From Macrostomum lignano (lineage: Eukaryota), in NCBI GenBank assembly GCA_002269645.1, contig NIVC01000617.1, forward strand, positions 434,001-498,000: a stretch of DNA of 64,000 bases, given 5' to 3'. Made by a program: the position numbers and the translations under genes. Positions 35,055-49,627 of this stretch are shown in pieces (positions within the stretch are counted from its first letter, which is position 1; each line of letters opens with the position of its first letter). The notes beneath the pieces are model-generated. The model saw only the letters and a list, made by a program, of their open reading frames with translations. It was not told the DNA's origin and did not search any database.

Positions 35055-35344
35055 AGCCTACCTAGCTTAAGCCTTCTATTCTAACTCCTGTTTCCACTTT
35101 GGACACATAGCGCCACACGACTCCAAAGCACCCTCTCGGGGGGGTAATAAAAATGAGAAAATTTACAACTTCTATTCTACAGCAAATCCTAACTTATGCG
35201 TTTTTAGCATAGCCAGAAACACACAGCAGTATCAACCTGTGTTTCGGTTCTTTTTTGCCTCATTTTTCAGGCTTGCTATCGGCAAATGCTTTTCTTGCTA
35301 GGTTGCAGGTCAGCGGAGTGCTGAAAGTAGTCAGCTGGGTGCTT

Positions 35345-36335
35345 GACCAAGTGTCAGATGCTGATAGTAAGTATCAGATGCTAATAGTAAGTGTCAGATG
35401 CTAATAGTAAGTGTCAGATGCTAATAGTAAGTGTCAGATGCTAATAGTAAGTGTCAGATGCTAATAGTAAGTGTCAGATGCTAATAGTAAGTGTCAGATG
35501 CTAATAGTAAGTGTCAGATGCTAATAGTAAGTGTCAGATGCTAGTAGTGAGTGTCAGATGCTAATAGTGAATGTCAGATGCTAATGGTAAGTGTCAGATG
35601 CTAATAGTAAGTGTCAGATGCTAATAGTAAGAGTCAGATGCTAATAGTAAGTATCAGATTCTAAAAGTAAGTGTCAGATGCTAATAGTAAGTGTCAGATG
35701 CTAATAGTAAGTGTCAGATGCTAATAGTAAGTGTCAGATGCTAATAGTAAGTGTCAGATGCTAATAGTAAGTGTCAGATGCTAATAGTAAGTGTCAGATG
35801 CTAGTAGTGAGTGTCAGATGCTAATAGTGAATGTCAGATGCTAATGGTAAGTGTCAGATGCTAATAGTAAGTGTCAGATGCTAATAGTAAGAGTCAGATG
35901 CTAATAGTAAGTATCAGATTCTAAAAGTAAGTGTCAGATTCTAATAGTAAGTGTCAGATGCTAATAGTAAGTATCAGATTCTAATAGTAAGTGTCAGATG
36001 CTAATAGTAAGTGTCAGATGCTAATAGTAAGTATCAGATTCTAATAGTGAGCATCAGATTCTAATAGTGAGTGTCAGATGCTTATACATGTAGTAAGTGT
36101 CAGATGCTAATAGTAAGTGTCAGATGCTAATAGTAAGTATCAGATTCTAATAGTAAGTGTCAGATGCTAATAGTAAGTGTCAGATGCTAATAGTGAGTGT
36201 CAGATGCTAGTAGTGAGTGTCAGATGCTAATAGTCAATGTCAGATGCTAATGGTAAGTGTCAGATGCTAATAGTAAGTGTCAGATGCTAATGGCAAGTGT
36301 CAGATGCTATTGGCAAGTGTCAGATGCTAATGGTA
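35345..36335. repeat. 20-bp minisatellite (GTCAGATGCTAATAGTAAGT)
   Basis: Direct reading. Confidence 0.96.
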
Positions 36336-36764
36336 AGCCCTTAAATAAATCCCATGAATCCTTGTCTCCCTTTTCTCTCGGCCTCCGCTTCAGGCTCCTT
36401 CTTTATCTGAGTTTCGGTGTCAAAGTTCAGAGTGCAATATAGATGATATCTGCATGCTAGGAACAAATTCAAACACCCCGTGTCCTGCGCAGAATCGTGC
36501 AGCTAGAGTCCCTTGACTTGCCCTCCGGCACTGACCCCTCAAACCCCAGGGATTATTAACCACACGGGTTGAACCCAAGTCTATGATGTGTAGTAAGCAG
36601 ATGGTCTTCGGAGGGGGTTCAGAAGCAATGGGGTCGTGTGGTCGGGATAACGATATGTGTATATATTTATATAATTAACTGATGTATGATTCACCTTCAA
36701 TTGCTAAAAGAAATGGAGAAAATGGAAATCTGGACTGCATTGTCAAGCCAATTGTCTAATCAAC

Positions 36765-39700
36765 CCGTAGATTCGTGTCTAAATCTTTCTATAGATTCGT
36801 GCCTAATCTTCCTATAGATTCGTATCTCATTTTTTATGGATTCGTGTCTAATCTTTCTATAGATTCGTGCCTAATCTTCCTATAGATTCGTATCTCATTT
36901 TTTATGGATTCGTGTCTAATCTTTCTATAGATTCGTGCCTAATCTTCCTATAGATTCGTGTTTAATCATTTTATGGATTCGTGTCTAATCTTTCCATAGA
37001 TTCGTGTCTAATCTTTCTATAGATTCGTGCCTATTTTCTTCTATAGATTCGTGTTTAATCATTTTATGGATTCGTGTCTAATCTTTCCATAGATTCGTGT
37101 CTAATCTTTCTATAGATTCGTGCCTATTTTCTTCTATAGATTCGTGTCTAATCTTCCTATAGATTCGTATCTCATTTTTTATGGATTCGTGTCTAAATCT
37201 TTCTATAGATTCGTGCCTAATCTTCCTATAGATTCGTATCTCATTTTTTATGGATTCGTGTCTAATCTTTCTATAGATTCGTGCCTAATCTTCCTATAGA
37301 TTCGTATCTCATTTTTTATGGATTCGTGTCTAATCTTTCTATAGATTCGTGCCTAATCTTCCTATAGATTCGTGTTTAATCATTTTATGGATTCGTGTCT
37401 AATCTTTCCATAGATTCGTGTCTAATCTTTCTATAGATTCGTGCCTATTTTCTTCTATAGATTCGTGTTTAATCATTTTATGGATTCGTGTCTAATCTTT
37501 CCATAGATTCGTGTCTAATCTTTCTATAGATTCGTGCCTATTTTCTTCTATAGATTCGTGTCTAATCTTCCTATAGATTCGTGTTTAATCATTTTATGGA
37601 TTCGTGTCTAATCTTTCCATAGATTCGTGTCTAATCTTTCTATAGATTCGTGCCTATTTTCTTCTATAGATTCGTGTCTAATCTTCCTATAGATTCGTGT
37701 TTAATCATTTTATGGATTCGTGTCTAATCTTTCCATAGATTCGTGTCTAATCTTTCTATAGATTCGTGTTTAATCATTTTATGGATTCGTGTCTAATCTT
37801 TCCATAGATTCGTGTCTAATCTTTCCATAGATTCGTGTCTAATCTTTCCATAGATTCGTGTCTAATCTTTCCATAGATTCGTGTCTAATCTTTCTATAGA
37901 TTCGTGCCTATTTTCTTCTATAGATTCGTGTTTAATCATTTTATGGATTCGTGTCTAATCTTTCCATAGATTCGTGTCTAATCTTTCCATAGATTCGTGT
38001 CTAATCTTTCCATAGATTCGTGTCTAATCTTTCCATAGATTCGTGTCTAATCTTTCTATAGATTCGTGCCTATTTTCTTCTATAGATTCGTGTCTAATCT
38101 TTCCACAGATTCGTGTCTAATCTTTCCATAGATTCGTGTCTAATCTTTCTATAGATTCGTGCCTATTTTCTTCTATAGATTCGTGTCTAATCTTCCTATA
38201 GATTCGTGTTTAATCATTTTATGGATTCGTGTCTAATCTTTCCATAGATTCGTGTCTAATCTTTCTATAGATTCGTGCCTATTTTCTTCTATAGATTCGT
38301 GTCTAATCTTCCTATAGATTCGTGTTTAATCATTTTATGGATTCGTGTCTAATCTTTCTATAGATTCGTGCCTATTTTCTTCTATAGATTCGTGTTTAAT
38401 CATTTTATGGATTCGTGTCTAATCTTTCTATAGATTCGTGCCTATTTTCTTCTATAGATTCGTGTTTAATCATTTTATGGATTCGTGTCTAATCTTTCCA
38501 TAGATTCGTGTCTAATCTTTCCATAGATTCGTGTCTAATCTTTCTATAGATTCGTGCCTATTTTCTTCTATAGATTCGTGTTTAATCATTTTATGGATTC
38601 GTGTCTAATCTTTCCATAGATTCGTGTCTAATCTTTCTATAGATTCGTGCCTATTTTCTTCTATAGATTCGTGTCTAATCTTCCTATAGATTCGTGTTTA
38701 ATCATTTTATGGATTCGTGTCTAATCTTTCCATAGATTCGTGTCTAATCTTTCTATAGATTCGTGTTTAATCATTTTATGGATTCGTGTCTAATCTTTCC
38801 ATAGATTCGTGTCTAATATTTCCATAGATTCGTGTCTAATCTTTCTATAGATTCGTGCCTAATCTTCCTATAGATTCGTATCTAATTTTTTATGGATTCG
38901 TGTCTAATCTTTCTATAGATTCGTGCCTAATCTTCCTATAGATTCGTGTTTAATCATTTTATGGATTCGTGTCTAATCTTTCTATAGATTCGTGCCTAAT
39001 CTTCCTATAGATTCGTGTTTAATCATTTTATGGATTCGTGTCTAATCTTTCCATAGATTCGTGTCTAATCTTTCTATAGATTCGTGCCTATTTTCTTCTA
39101 TAGATTCGTGTTTAATCATTTTATGGATTCGTGTCTAATCTTTCCATAGATTCGTGTCTAATCTTTCTATAGATTCGTGCCTATTTTCTTCTATAGATTC
39201 GTGTTTAATCATTTTATGGATTCGTGTCTAATCTTTCCATAGATTCGTGTCTAATCTTTCCATAGATTCGTGCCTATTTTCTTCTATAGATTCGTGTCTA
39301 ATCTTCCTATAGATTCGTGTTTAATCATTTTATGGATTCGTGTCTAATCTTTCCATAGATTCGTGTCTAATCTTTCCACAGATTCGTGTCTAATCTTTCC
39401 ATAGATTCGTGTCTAATCTTTCTATAGATTCGTGCCTATTTTCTTCTATAGATTCGTGTCTAATCTTCCTATAGATTCGTGTTTAATCATTTTATGGATT
39501 CGTGTCTAATCTTTCCATAGATTCGTGTCTAATCTTTCCACAGATTCGTGTCTAATCTTTCCATAGATTCGTGTCTAATCTTTCCACAGATTCGTGTCTA
39601 ATATTTCCATAGATTCGTGTCTAATCTTTCCACAGATTCGTGTCTAATATTTCCATAGATTCGTGTCTAATCTTTCCACAGATTCGTGTCTAATATTTCC

Positions 39701-40480
39701 ATAGATTCGTGTCTAATCTTTCCACAGATTCGTGTCTAATCTTTCCATAGATTCGTGTCTAATCTTTCCATAGATTCGTGTCTAATCTTTCCATAGATTC
39801 GTGTCTAATCTTTCCATAGATTCGTGTCTAATCTTTCCATAGATTCGTGTCTAATCTTTCTACAGATTCGTGTCTAATCTTTCTATAGATTCGTGTCTAA
39901 TCTTTCCATAGATTCGTGTCTAATCTTTCCATAGATTCGTGTCTAATCTTTCCATAGATTCGTGTCTAATCTTTCCATAGATTCGTGTCTAATCTTTCTA
40001 CAGATTCGTGTCTAATCTTTCTATAGATTCGTGTCTAATCTTTCTATAGATTCGTGCCTAATCTTCCTACAGATTCGTGCCTAATCTTTCTATAGATTCG
40101 TGTCTAATCTTTCCATAGATTCGTGTTTAATATCTCTTTATTTATGTGTCTAATCTCTCTTGATATTCGTGTCTAATCTCTCTCGATCGATATTCGTGTC
40201 TAATCTCTCTCGATCTATATTCGTGTCTAATCTCTCTCGATCTATATTCGTGTCTAATCTCTCTCGATCTATATTCGTGTCTAATCTCTCTCGATCTATA
40301 TTCGTGTCTAATCTCTCTCGGTCTATATTCGTGTCTAATCTCTCCTCTCTCTTTTAATTTGTGTCTACTCTATCTCCAAAGTCGTGTAAAATCTTTATCT
40401 ATTCTCATATCTAATCTCCCTCTCGATATTCGTGTCTAATCTCTCACTAAGATTTACATCTAATCTCGCTCTAGACCCGT
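36765..40480. repeat. About 23-bp satellite (TAGATTCGTGTCTAATCTTTCCA and variants), 3.7 kb
   Basis: Direct reading; ordered variant blocks; changes to a 27-bp variant at about 40160-40340. Confidence 0.97.
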
Positions 40481-40894
40481 GTCCAGTCTTACGGGGTTTC
40501 TCCAGGGATTTTAGCGCGAGATTACTTATGCTGAGTGCCGTTAATACTAGGTAGACCAGAGTTGGCTAGAGACTTATTAATTAGCCAGAAGCCAAGCACC
40601 CGTGAGGCAGTGACGATAAATTTACCAGGACAGCCTCCATCCAACGCCGGTTCATTCCGCGATTGGGGATCTAATCTCAGGGGGGATGCGCACAGCTTCC
40701 TAGCTTGCATGCAGGCAAGGGTTCAAGGGATTTATTGCTGTTTGTGCATGTTGTGGGCACCGAGGAAGCCTAGAACGAACCCAATCCCCCATAGGGACAG
40801 GCAACTTTAGGCTGACTGCATTTCTTCAATTTGCACGCGAAATACAATACAATAATTGTTTCAGAAAAAATGGCAATTACTCCGAAGGGGCAGG

Positions 40895-41125
40895 TTTGTG
40901 ATATTTCGGGTTTGTGATGTTTCGGGTTTGTGATATTTCGGGTTTGTGACATTTCGGGTTTGTGATATTTCGGGTTTGTGATATTTCGGGTTTGTGATAT
41001 TTCGGGTTTGTGATATTTCGGGTTTGTGATATTTCGGGTTTGTGATATTTCGGGTTTGTGATATTTCGGGTTTATGATATTTCGGGTTTGTGATGGGAAG
41101 TGCTTTCGGAGTTGTGATTTTTCGG
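40895..41125. repeat. 16-bp minisatellite (GTTTGTGATATTTCGG)
   Basis: Direct reading. Confidence 0.95.
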
Positions 41126-41209
41126 GTTCATGATGGCGACCCCTTACTCCCCATTAAAAGGAAATTCAATTGTCTAAAAGTGGAAGATACATGTATGATA
41201 ACTTTGATA

Positions 41210-41690
41210 CAGGGGTAGGTCAACTCCGGCCCCCGTGGGCCACCCGCCCTCGGGTTGGTTGAAGCTTTGCAATGCGCTCCTAGGAATCAAGTTTGTGTCT
41301 CTTCTCTGTTCTCTTCTCTCCCCTCTCTCATCTCTCCTCTCGCCACTATCGTCTCTTCTCTCCTCTCCTCTCCCTTCTCTTATCTCTCTCCTTTCCTCTT
41401 CTCTCCTTTCTCGCAATTCTCCTCTCTCCACTCTCGTCTCTTTTCTCCTCTTCTTCCCTTCTCTTATCTCTCCCCTCTCCTCTTCTCTCCCTTCTCTCAT
41501 CTCTTCTCTCTCCACTCCCGTCTCTCCTCTTCACTCTTCTCCTCTCCTTTGCATTCTCTCCTCTCCTTTCTTTTCTCTTCTCCTCTATTTCCTCTTTTAT
41601 TCCCTCTCCTCTCTCCCCTCGTGAAACTTACAGTCATGCGCTAGATTCTCTATCTGTGGCCCTCTAGGTAAAAAAAAATTATCGACTTAG
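41210..41690. mobile_element. Possible degraded hAT/Charlie-type MITE with a CT-rich interior
   Basis: Left end CAGGGGTAGGTCAACTCCGGCCC...GGGCC resembles hAT-type termini. The right end (GTGGCCCTC...AAAAAAAATT) is only weakly consistent and no TSD was confirmed. Confidence 0.3.
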
Positions 41691-42224
41691 AACAATATCA
41701 GGTCAGCCTACTGTTGTCTGAAACTTGATTTCGTGTTTCAGCGCTTGAGGCCGGGGGCGGAGGGGGTTAAGAGGGGGGGGGGTGAGGGAAGAGAGCGGTC
41801 AAGCGGGGCATAAAATGCTGGGGTTTTATTGCCACTTTCAACTGAAAGGGTCGCAGCAGATGTAGGAGATACGGTATAATAGAGGAGCCGCTGTATTACT
41901 GCATGCTGGTAAGAAGAATTGGGTGTTGGATATTTCTTTAGGCAGTCAACAAAGGATTTATTTGTATATTTTCTCTTACAATAAATCCGGCTTTAGGGGC
42001 GTTTGGCACGGATTTGGGTTCAAAATGATGATTCAATGGTCTGAATTTAATAGCTTTATTAAATTTGCTAGCGGTGTGCGCGTCATTCCGAACACTTTCG
42101 CGGCATTAACAATAAAGAATTGTGACCATTAAAGTGTTGATAGATTAATGAAATAATATTTTATAACAGGGTAAATCAACACTGAGAATTCTCAATTGAT
42201 AGGGGAATAAAGAGAGAAGTAATC

Positions 42225-44210
42225 TAGAGAAAAAAGAATCTAGAGGAAGAATCTAGAATCTAGAGGAACAGAAGGAATCTATAGAGATGAATCTAGAGGA
42301 ACAGAAGGAATCTATAGAGATGAATCTAGAGGAAGAGAAGGAATCTATAGAGATGAATCTAGAGGAAGAGAAGGAATCTAGAGAGATGAATCTAGAGGAA
42401 GAGAAGGAATCTAGAGAGATGAATCTAGAGAAACAGAAGGAATCTATAGAGATGAATCTAGAGGAAGAGAAGGAATCTAGAGAGATGAATCTAGAGGAAG
42501 AGAAGGAATCTATAGAGATGAATCTAGAGGAACAGAAGGAATCTAGAGATAGGAATCTACAGAGAGGAATCTAGAGAGAGGAATCTAGAGATAGGAATCT
42601 AGAGCCAAGGAATCTAGAGATAGGAATCTAGAGATAGGAATCTAGAGAGAGGAATCTAGAGCGAAGGAATCTAGAGATAGGAATCTAGAGAGAGGAATCT
42701 AGAGAGAGGAATCTAGAGAGAGGAATCTAGAGATAGGAATCTAGAGCCAAGGAATCTAGAGATAGGAATCTAGAGAGAGGAATCTAGAGAGAGGAATATA
42801 GAGAGAGGAATCTAGATAGAGACAGAGGAATCTAGAGAGAAGGAATCTTGAGAGAGGAATCTACAGAGAGGAATCCAGAGAGAGGAATCTAGAGCCAAGG
42901 AATCTAGAGATAGGAATCTAGAGATAGGAATCTAGACGGAAGGAATCTAGAGAGAGGAATCTAGAGAGAGGAATCTAGAGCGAAGGAATCTAGAGATAGG
43001 AATCTACAGAGAGGAATCTAGAGAGAGGAATCTAGAGAGAAGGAATCTAGAGCGAAGGAATCTAGAGATAGGAATCTAGAGGAAGAGAAGGAATCTAGAG
43101 AGAGGAATCTAGAGACAGGAATCTAGAGAGAGGTATCTAGAGAGAGGAATCTAGAGAGAGGAATCTAGAGAGAAGGAATCTAGAGAGAGGAATCTAGAGG
43201 AAGAGAAGGAATCTAGAGCGAAGGAGTCAAGAGAGAGGAATCTACAGAGAGGAATCTAGAGACAGGAATCTAGAGACAGGAATCTAGAGAGAGGAATATA
43301 GAGAGAGGAATCTAGAGAGAGGAATCTAGAGAGAGGAATCTAGAGAGAGGAATCTAGAGAGAGGAATCTAGAGAGAGGAATCTAGAGAGAGGAATCTAGA
43401 GAGATGAATCTAGAGAGAGGAATCTAGAGACAGGAATCTAGAGAGAGGTATCTAGAGAGAGGAATCTAGAGAGAGGAATCTAGAGAGAGGAATCTAGAGG
43501 AAGAGAAGGAATCTAGAGCGAAGGAATCAAGAGAGAGGAATCTAGAGAGAGGAATCTAGAGACAGGAATCTAGAGACAGGAATCTAGAGAGAGGAATATA
43601 GAGAGAGGAATCTAGAGAGAGGAATCTAGAGAGATGAATCTTTAGAGAGGAATCTAGAGACAGGAATCTAGAGAGAGGTATCTAGAGAGAGGAATCTAGA
43701 GAGAGGAATCTAGAGAGAAGGAATCTAGAGAGAGGAATCTAGAGGAAGAGAAGGAATCTAGAGAGAGGAATCTAGAGACAGGAATCTAGAGAGAGGTATC
43801 TAGAGAGAGGAATCTAGAGAGAGGAATCTAGAGAGAAGGAATCTAGAGAGAGGAATCTAGAGGAAGAGAAGGAATCTAGAGCGAAGGAATCAAGAGAGAG
43901 GAATCTACAGAGAGGAATCTAGAGAGAGGAATCTAGAGAGAGGAATCTAGAGAGAGGAATCTAGAGAGAAGGAATCTAGAGAGAGGAATCTAGAGAGATG
44001 AATCTAGAGAGAGGAATCTAGAGAGAGGAATCTAGAGAGAGGAATCTAGAGAGAAGGAATCTAGAGAGAGGAATCTAGAGAGATGAATCTAGAGAGAGGA
44101 ATCTAGAGAGAGGAATCTAGAGAGAGGAATCTAGAGAGAAGGAATCTAGAGAGAGGAATCTAGAGAGTAGAAATCTAGGGAGAACAAATCTAGAGCGATA
44201 CGGTGAAGAC
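42225..44210. repeat. 14-bp satellite (GGAATCTAGAGAGA) with a 34-36-bp variant at the left end
   Basis: Direct reading. Confidence 0.96.
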
Positions 44211-44729
44211 ATCTAGAGCCATCTAGACGAATTCCGAATCAGACAGTGGCTTGAATTCGCAAGTTTATGTGTTTATTTCTGCGCTGCTGAAGATATTTCA
44301 TGGTTAAACATAAAAATTCTTGCAACAGTCGGCGCAACCGCAGAGTTCATAAAGGATGAAATTTTCGCATAAAAATCTCTCAATCGCAGCAGATTGAAAT
44401 TGTAAAATGCTTGCAGACCCTCCGTCATCATGGGTTCATGGCAGATATTTCGCGGGCCTCTTTCATCTTGCTGCAATACGCAGGCCCTAAAAGTTCGAAT
44501 GATCAGTGATCCGAACTTGAAGCTTCTTGATTCAAAATGTTTTCAGTTGTTGCCAAAAAAGCATGCATTGACTGGGACCACTGTTTGGGGAGTTTTTATG
44601 ACAAGATATGAAATAAAGTATGGTGAAGCTGCGGAGATGAAGTGATGTTAATCTGCAGCACCCCACCTCTAATTCAACAGTTGTTACGGATGACAAGGAG
44701 ATCCAGGAAAGAAGCCTCTGGCGTGTCAG

Positions 44730-45310
44730 TGGTCAGTAGTCACTGGTCACTGGGTCACTGGGTCACTGGGTCACTGGTCACTGGGTCACCGGTCACTGAA
44801 TCATTGGTCACTGGGTCACTGGTCACTGGGTCACTGGGTCACTGGTCACTGGGTCACCGGTCACTGAATCATTGGTCACTGGGTCACTGGTCACTGGGTC
44901 ACTGGGTCACTGGTCACTGGGTCACTGGGTCACTGGGTCACTGGTCACTGGTCACTGGTCACTGGTCACTGGTCACTGGGTCACTGGTCACTGGGTCACT
45001 GGTCACTGGGTCACTGGTCACTGGGTCACTGGTCACTGGTCACTGGGTCACTGTTCACTGGGTCACTGGGTCACTGGGTCACTGGTCACTGGGTCACTGG
45101 TCACTGGGTCACTGGTCACTGGGTCACTGGTCACTGGGTCACTGGTCACTGGGTCACTGTTCACTGGGTCACTGGGTCACTGGGTCACTGGGTCACTAGT
45201 CACTGGTCACTGGGTCACTGGTCATTGGGTCACTGGGTCACTGGTCACTGGTCACTGGGTCACTGGGTCACTGGGTCACTGGGTCACTGGGTCACTGGGT
45301 CACCAGTCAC
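44730..45310. repeat. 8/9-bp minisatellite (GGTCACTG/GGTCACTGG)
   Basis: Direct reading. Confidence 0.96.
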
Positions 45311-45884
45311 CGGGTGCAGGCCACAGTGATCCAATACTGCTAGTGACTATCGACTTGATTTGAGGAGTCAGGTGCAAAAGTCACGCTCACATTCGTGTGT
45401 CTAAAGCTTGCTTTTAATGCGTCAACACTCCATATTTTGCATCTCAGAAGTTTTTGAATCTTCTAGGCCAACTAGAGGTCACTTCCGCAGAAGCTTTGGA
45501 TAACAAACTCTAGCCAAAGCTGCTTGGATCCAAACGAGTTTTATTGACCAGCCCTCCCCCCCCTCTGTTGTCAAATATTTTTACGATCTCGACTATGATT
45601 CGTAGCCTGGCTATATAGAATTTTCAGTTTCCAAGGAAAAGTCCCCCCCTTGGTCAAGAAAAGCAGCATTTGTGACTGGTTTTATGATTTCAACTACAAA
45701 GCCAGGAAGCCGAAAGCGCGCCTCTGTGGTTCTTATATAGAGGGCTAATTTTTATTTTGTCTGAAGAGTTTCCTTCCATTTTTCCTATCCTCTGGGCTTG
45801 CCGGATGAAATTTATCAGTTATTTTAGTGCTGCTTTAGTTCGAATAGCTAGCTTTGATGCCTTCCTGTGTGAGATACGGGCAGG

Positions 45885-47250
45885 GCAGAGAATAGAGAGA
45901 CAGGAGGGTGAGAAATAGAGAAATAGAGAGACAGGAGAGTGAGAAATAGAGAGACAGGAGCGTGAGAAATAGAGAGATAGGAGGGTGAGAAATAGACAGA
46001 CAGGAGGGTGAGAAATAGAGAGACAGGAGGGTGAGAAATAGAGAGATAGGAAGGGGAGAAATAGAGAGACAGGAGGGTGAGAAATAGACAGACAGGAGGG
46101 GGAGAAATAGAGAGACAGGAGGGTGAGAAATAGACAGACAGGAGGGTAAGAAATAGAGAGACAGGAGGGTGAGAAATAGAGAGATAGGAAGGGGAGAAAT
46201 AGAGAGACAGGAGGGTGAGAAATAGACAGACAGGAGGGTGAGAAATAGAGAGATAGGAAGGGGAGAAATTGAGAGATAGGAAGGGGAGAAATAGAGAGAC
46301 AGGAGGGTGAGAAATTGAGAGACAGGAGGGTGAGAAATAGACAGACAGGAGGGTGAGAAATAGACAGACAGGGGGGGGGAAATAGACAGACAGGAGGGGG
46401 AGAAATAGAGAGACAGGAGGGTGAGAAATAGACAGACAGGAGGGGGTGAGAAATAGAGAGACAGGAGGGTGAGAAATAGACAGACAGGAGGGTGAGAAAT
46501 AGACAGACAGGAGGGGGGAAATAGACAGACAGGAGGGGAGAAATAGAGAGACAGGAGGGTGAGAAATAGACAGACAGGAGGGGGAGAAATAGAGAGACAG
46601 GAGGGTGAGAAATAGACAGACAGGAGGGGGAGAAATAGACAGACAGGAGGGTGAGAAATAGACAGACAGGAGGGGGAGAAATAGACAGACAGGAGGGGGG
46701 AAATAGACAGACAGGAGGGGGAGAAATAGAGAGACAGGAGGGTGAGAAATAGACAGACAGGAGGGGGAGAAATAGAGAGACAGGAGGGTGAGAAATAGAC
46801 AGACAGGAGGGGGAGAAATAGACAGACAGGAGGGTGAGAAATAGACAGACAGGAGGGGGAGAAATAAACAGACAGGAGGGTGAGAAATAGACAGACAGGA
46901 GGGGGAGAAATAGACAGACAGGAGAGTGAGAAATAGACAGACAGGAGGGGGAGAAATAGAGAGACAGGAGGGTGAGAAATAGACAGACAGGAGGGGGTGA
47001 GAAATAGACAGACAGGAGGGTGAGAAATAGACAGACAGGAGGGTGAGAAATAGACAGACAGGAGGGGGTGAGAAATAGACAGACAGGAGGGGGAGAAATA
47101 GAGAGACAGGAGGGTGAGAAATAGAGAGACAGGAGGGGGTGAGAAATAGAGAGACAGGAGGGGGTGAGAAATAGAGAGATAGGAGGGGGTGAGAAATAGA
47201 GAGACAGGAGGGGGTGAGAAATAGAGAGACAGGAGGGGGTGAGAAATTGA
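45885..47250. repeat. About 23-bp purine-rich minisatellite (GAGAAATAGACAGACAGGAGGGT)
   Basis: Direct reading. Confidence 0.96.
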
Positions 47251-47689
47251 GAAATGAAGGTAAGATATACAAAAAGAGTAAAGAAAAAGCGCCTTCTAAT
47301 TTCTGGTTAGTTAAAAATAGATTTCATTTTCTATAATTATGAAGCGAAATTTCTCAACTAACATACGCAGCAGGCTTAGCTTACAATATTGCATACCCAC
47401 CTGTAGTCTGCAGTTTGCTTATTGCGTATTTGGTGCAACAACATGCTACGCTCGTATAATATTAGAATTTCCCCGAATACTTTTCAAGTGAACTTAAAAA
47501 CATTTTTGAAACATTTTCTCTCTCCTGCAATCAGAAATCGCTACTTTTTCTTAAAACCATCGACCAACTGCAGATGCGGAGTTCAATTTTTAAGAATAAA
47601 GAATTACTTCACTGGAGGTCTGAAATGAAATGACTGCTGTTCCTGAATTTTGATTGTTTAAATCATAAATTTGTCCAGCAAACTGTTTG

Positions 47690-48205
47690 GCGCTAAAATT
47701 ACAACAAACTGTTTGGCGCTAAAATGACACTAAATGTACTGTTTGGCGCTATAATGACAGTAAATGTATTGTTTTGGCGCTTAAATGATAGTAAATGTAC
47801 TGTTTGGCGCTTAAATGACAGTAAATGTACTGTTTGGCGCTTAAATGACAGTAAATGTACTGTTTGGCGCTTAAATGACAGTAAATGTACTGTTTGGCGC
47901 TTAAATGACAGTAAATGTACTGTTTGGCGCTTAAATGACAGTACAAGTACTGTTTGGCGCTTACATGACAGTAAATGTAGTGTTTGGCGCTTAAATGACA
48001 GTAAATGTACTGTTTGGCGCTTAAATGACAGTAAATGTACTGTTTGGCGCTTAAATGACAGTAAATGTACTGTTTGGCGCTTAAATGACAGTAAATGTAC
48101 TGTTTGGCGCTTAAATGACAGTAAAAGTACTGTTTGGCGCTTACATGACAGTAAATGTAGTGTTTGGCGCTTAAATGACAGTAAATGTACTGTTTGGCCT
48201 TCAAA
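47690..48205. repeat. 30-bp minisatellite (ACTGTTTGGCGCTTAAATGACAGTAAATGT)
   Basis: Direct reading. Confidence 0.96.
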
Positions 48206-48754
48206 TGACATCTATATCGATCGGTATGCATGGCTACTGGAATCTTTATGAATCGAAATCTCTATAAGTCAGCTGTTTCGAACTTGTTTTGAAAAAGTCC
48301 CGTCATTTTAGCCCCGTGCAGCTGGTCACAACAACAGCTTGCTTATCTACATACGAGCTCGATAGCTGGTAGCTGAGATGATTACGTAACATCTCGCTCT
48401 CGCAGTTGCTGTGTAATCCTGTGTTGCAAAAGACAACAGAGAACAAAAGTCGCGCCAATGTGTGTAGAGCTGTCACAAATATGAAATATTTGGCTACTAT
48501 ACCCAGTAAACAGAAATACCTAGCCTCGATTATATGCAAGTATCTATATGAAAGATTTTTTTTTCAATAATAGTGAAGTCTGGGCACGAATCTCTTGGCC
48601 TGTTGCTATCATAACACTCTTTTTTGTTTATCATATACCAGATGATGGATTGCTGTATGCTCTGGTGCTATATGGCTTCCTTCGCAACCATTTGGGTGGA
48701 AAGGTATATTGAGATTTGCCTTCAGTAATATTAAGGAGAGATGTTTTTGTGGGC

Positions 48755-49190
48755 GGCGCGCCAAAAACAAGGGTTGTGATTGGGAGCGCCAAAAAAGGGT
48801 TGTGATTGGGGGCGCCAAAAAGTGTTGTGATTAGTGGCGCCAAGAAAGGGTTGTGATTGAGGGCGCCAAAAACAAGGGTTGTGATTTGGGGCGCCAAAAT
48901 TGTTGTGATGGGGGGGGCGCCAAAAAAGGGTTGTGATTAGTGGCGCCAAAAAGGGTTGTGATTAGTGGAGCCAAAAAAGGGTTGTGATTAGTGGCGCCAA
49001 AAAGGGTTGTGATTAGTGGCGCCAAAAAGGGTTGTGATTGGGGGCGCCAAAAAGTTTTGTGATTAGTGGCGCCAAGAATGGGTTGTAATTGAGGGCGCCA
49101 AAAATAAGGGTTGTGAATCGTGATTAGGGGCACCAAAAACAAGGGTTGTAACTAGGGGTGCCAAAATAAGTGGTTGTGAAGGGCGCCACT
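48755..49190. repeat. About 26-bp degenerate minisatellite (GGCGCCAAAAAGGGTTGTGATTAGT)
   Basis: Direct reading. Confidence 0.9.
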
Positions 49191-49627
49191 ACAAAAACTG
49201 AGATTGTGTGAGATGTGTAAAGCTACTCTGAATATCGTATTGAAGCATAAGAATTATTATTTATTTCATCTAAATACAGCAAATTTACATGTATGAGCCT
49301 AATATATATTATAATTCAGACTGTCTGAATAATTCATTTAGTACATGTACTTTAGCTCTTGGCTTGGCTTTGAGAGAAAAAAAAGCATGATGCATCGCTC
49401 GGGTTGTCAAGCACGGAATAGATCTGCATTCGATGCAAATTAGCGTTTTATGCATAATAATGCATTTTGTTAATATAGTAAATTGCCTTGTGCAGTGGGC
49501 GTTAGCTATCTATATATTAGAAGCCAATGGAGAAACACTGTCTGATTGATGATCGATATTTTTGAGGACGAATTGAATTCCAGTCTCCAACTCCAATTCG
49601 ATGTGACAGCCTCTTGGTGGGTATAGG

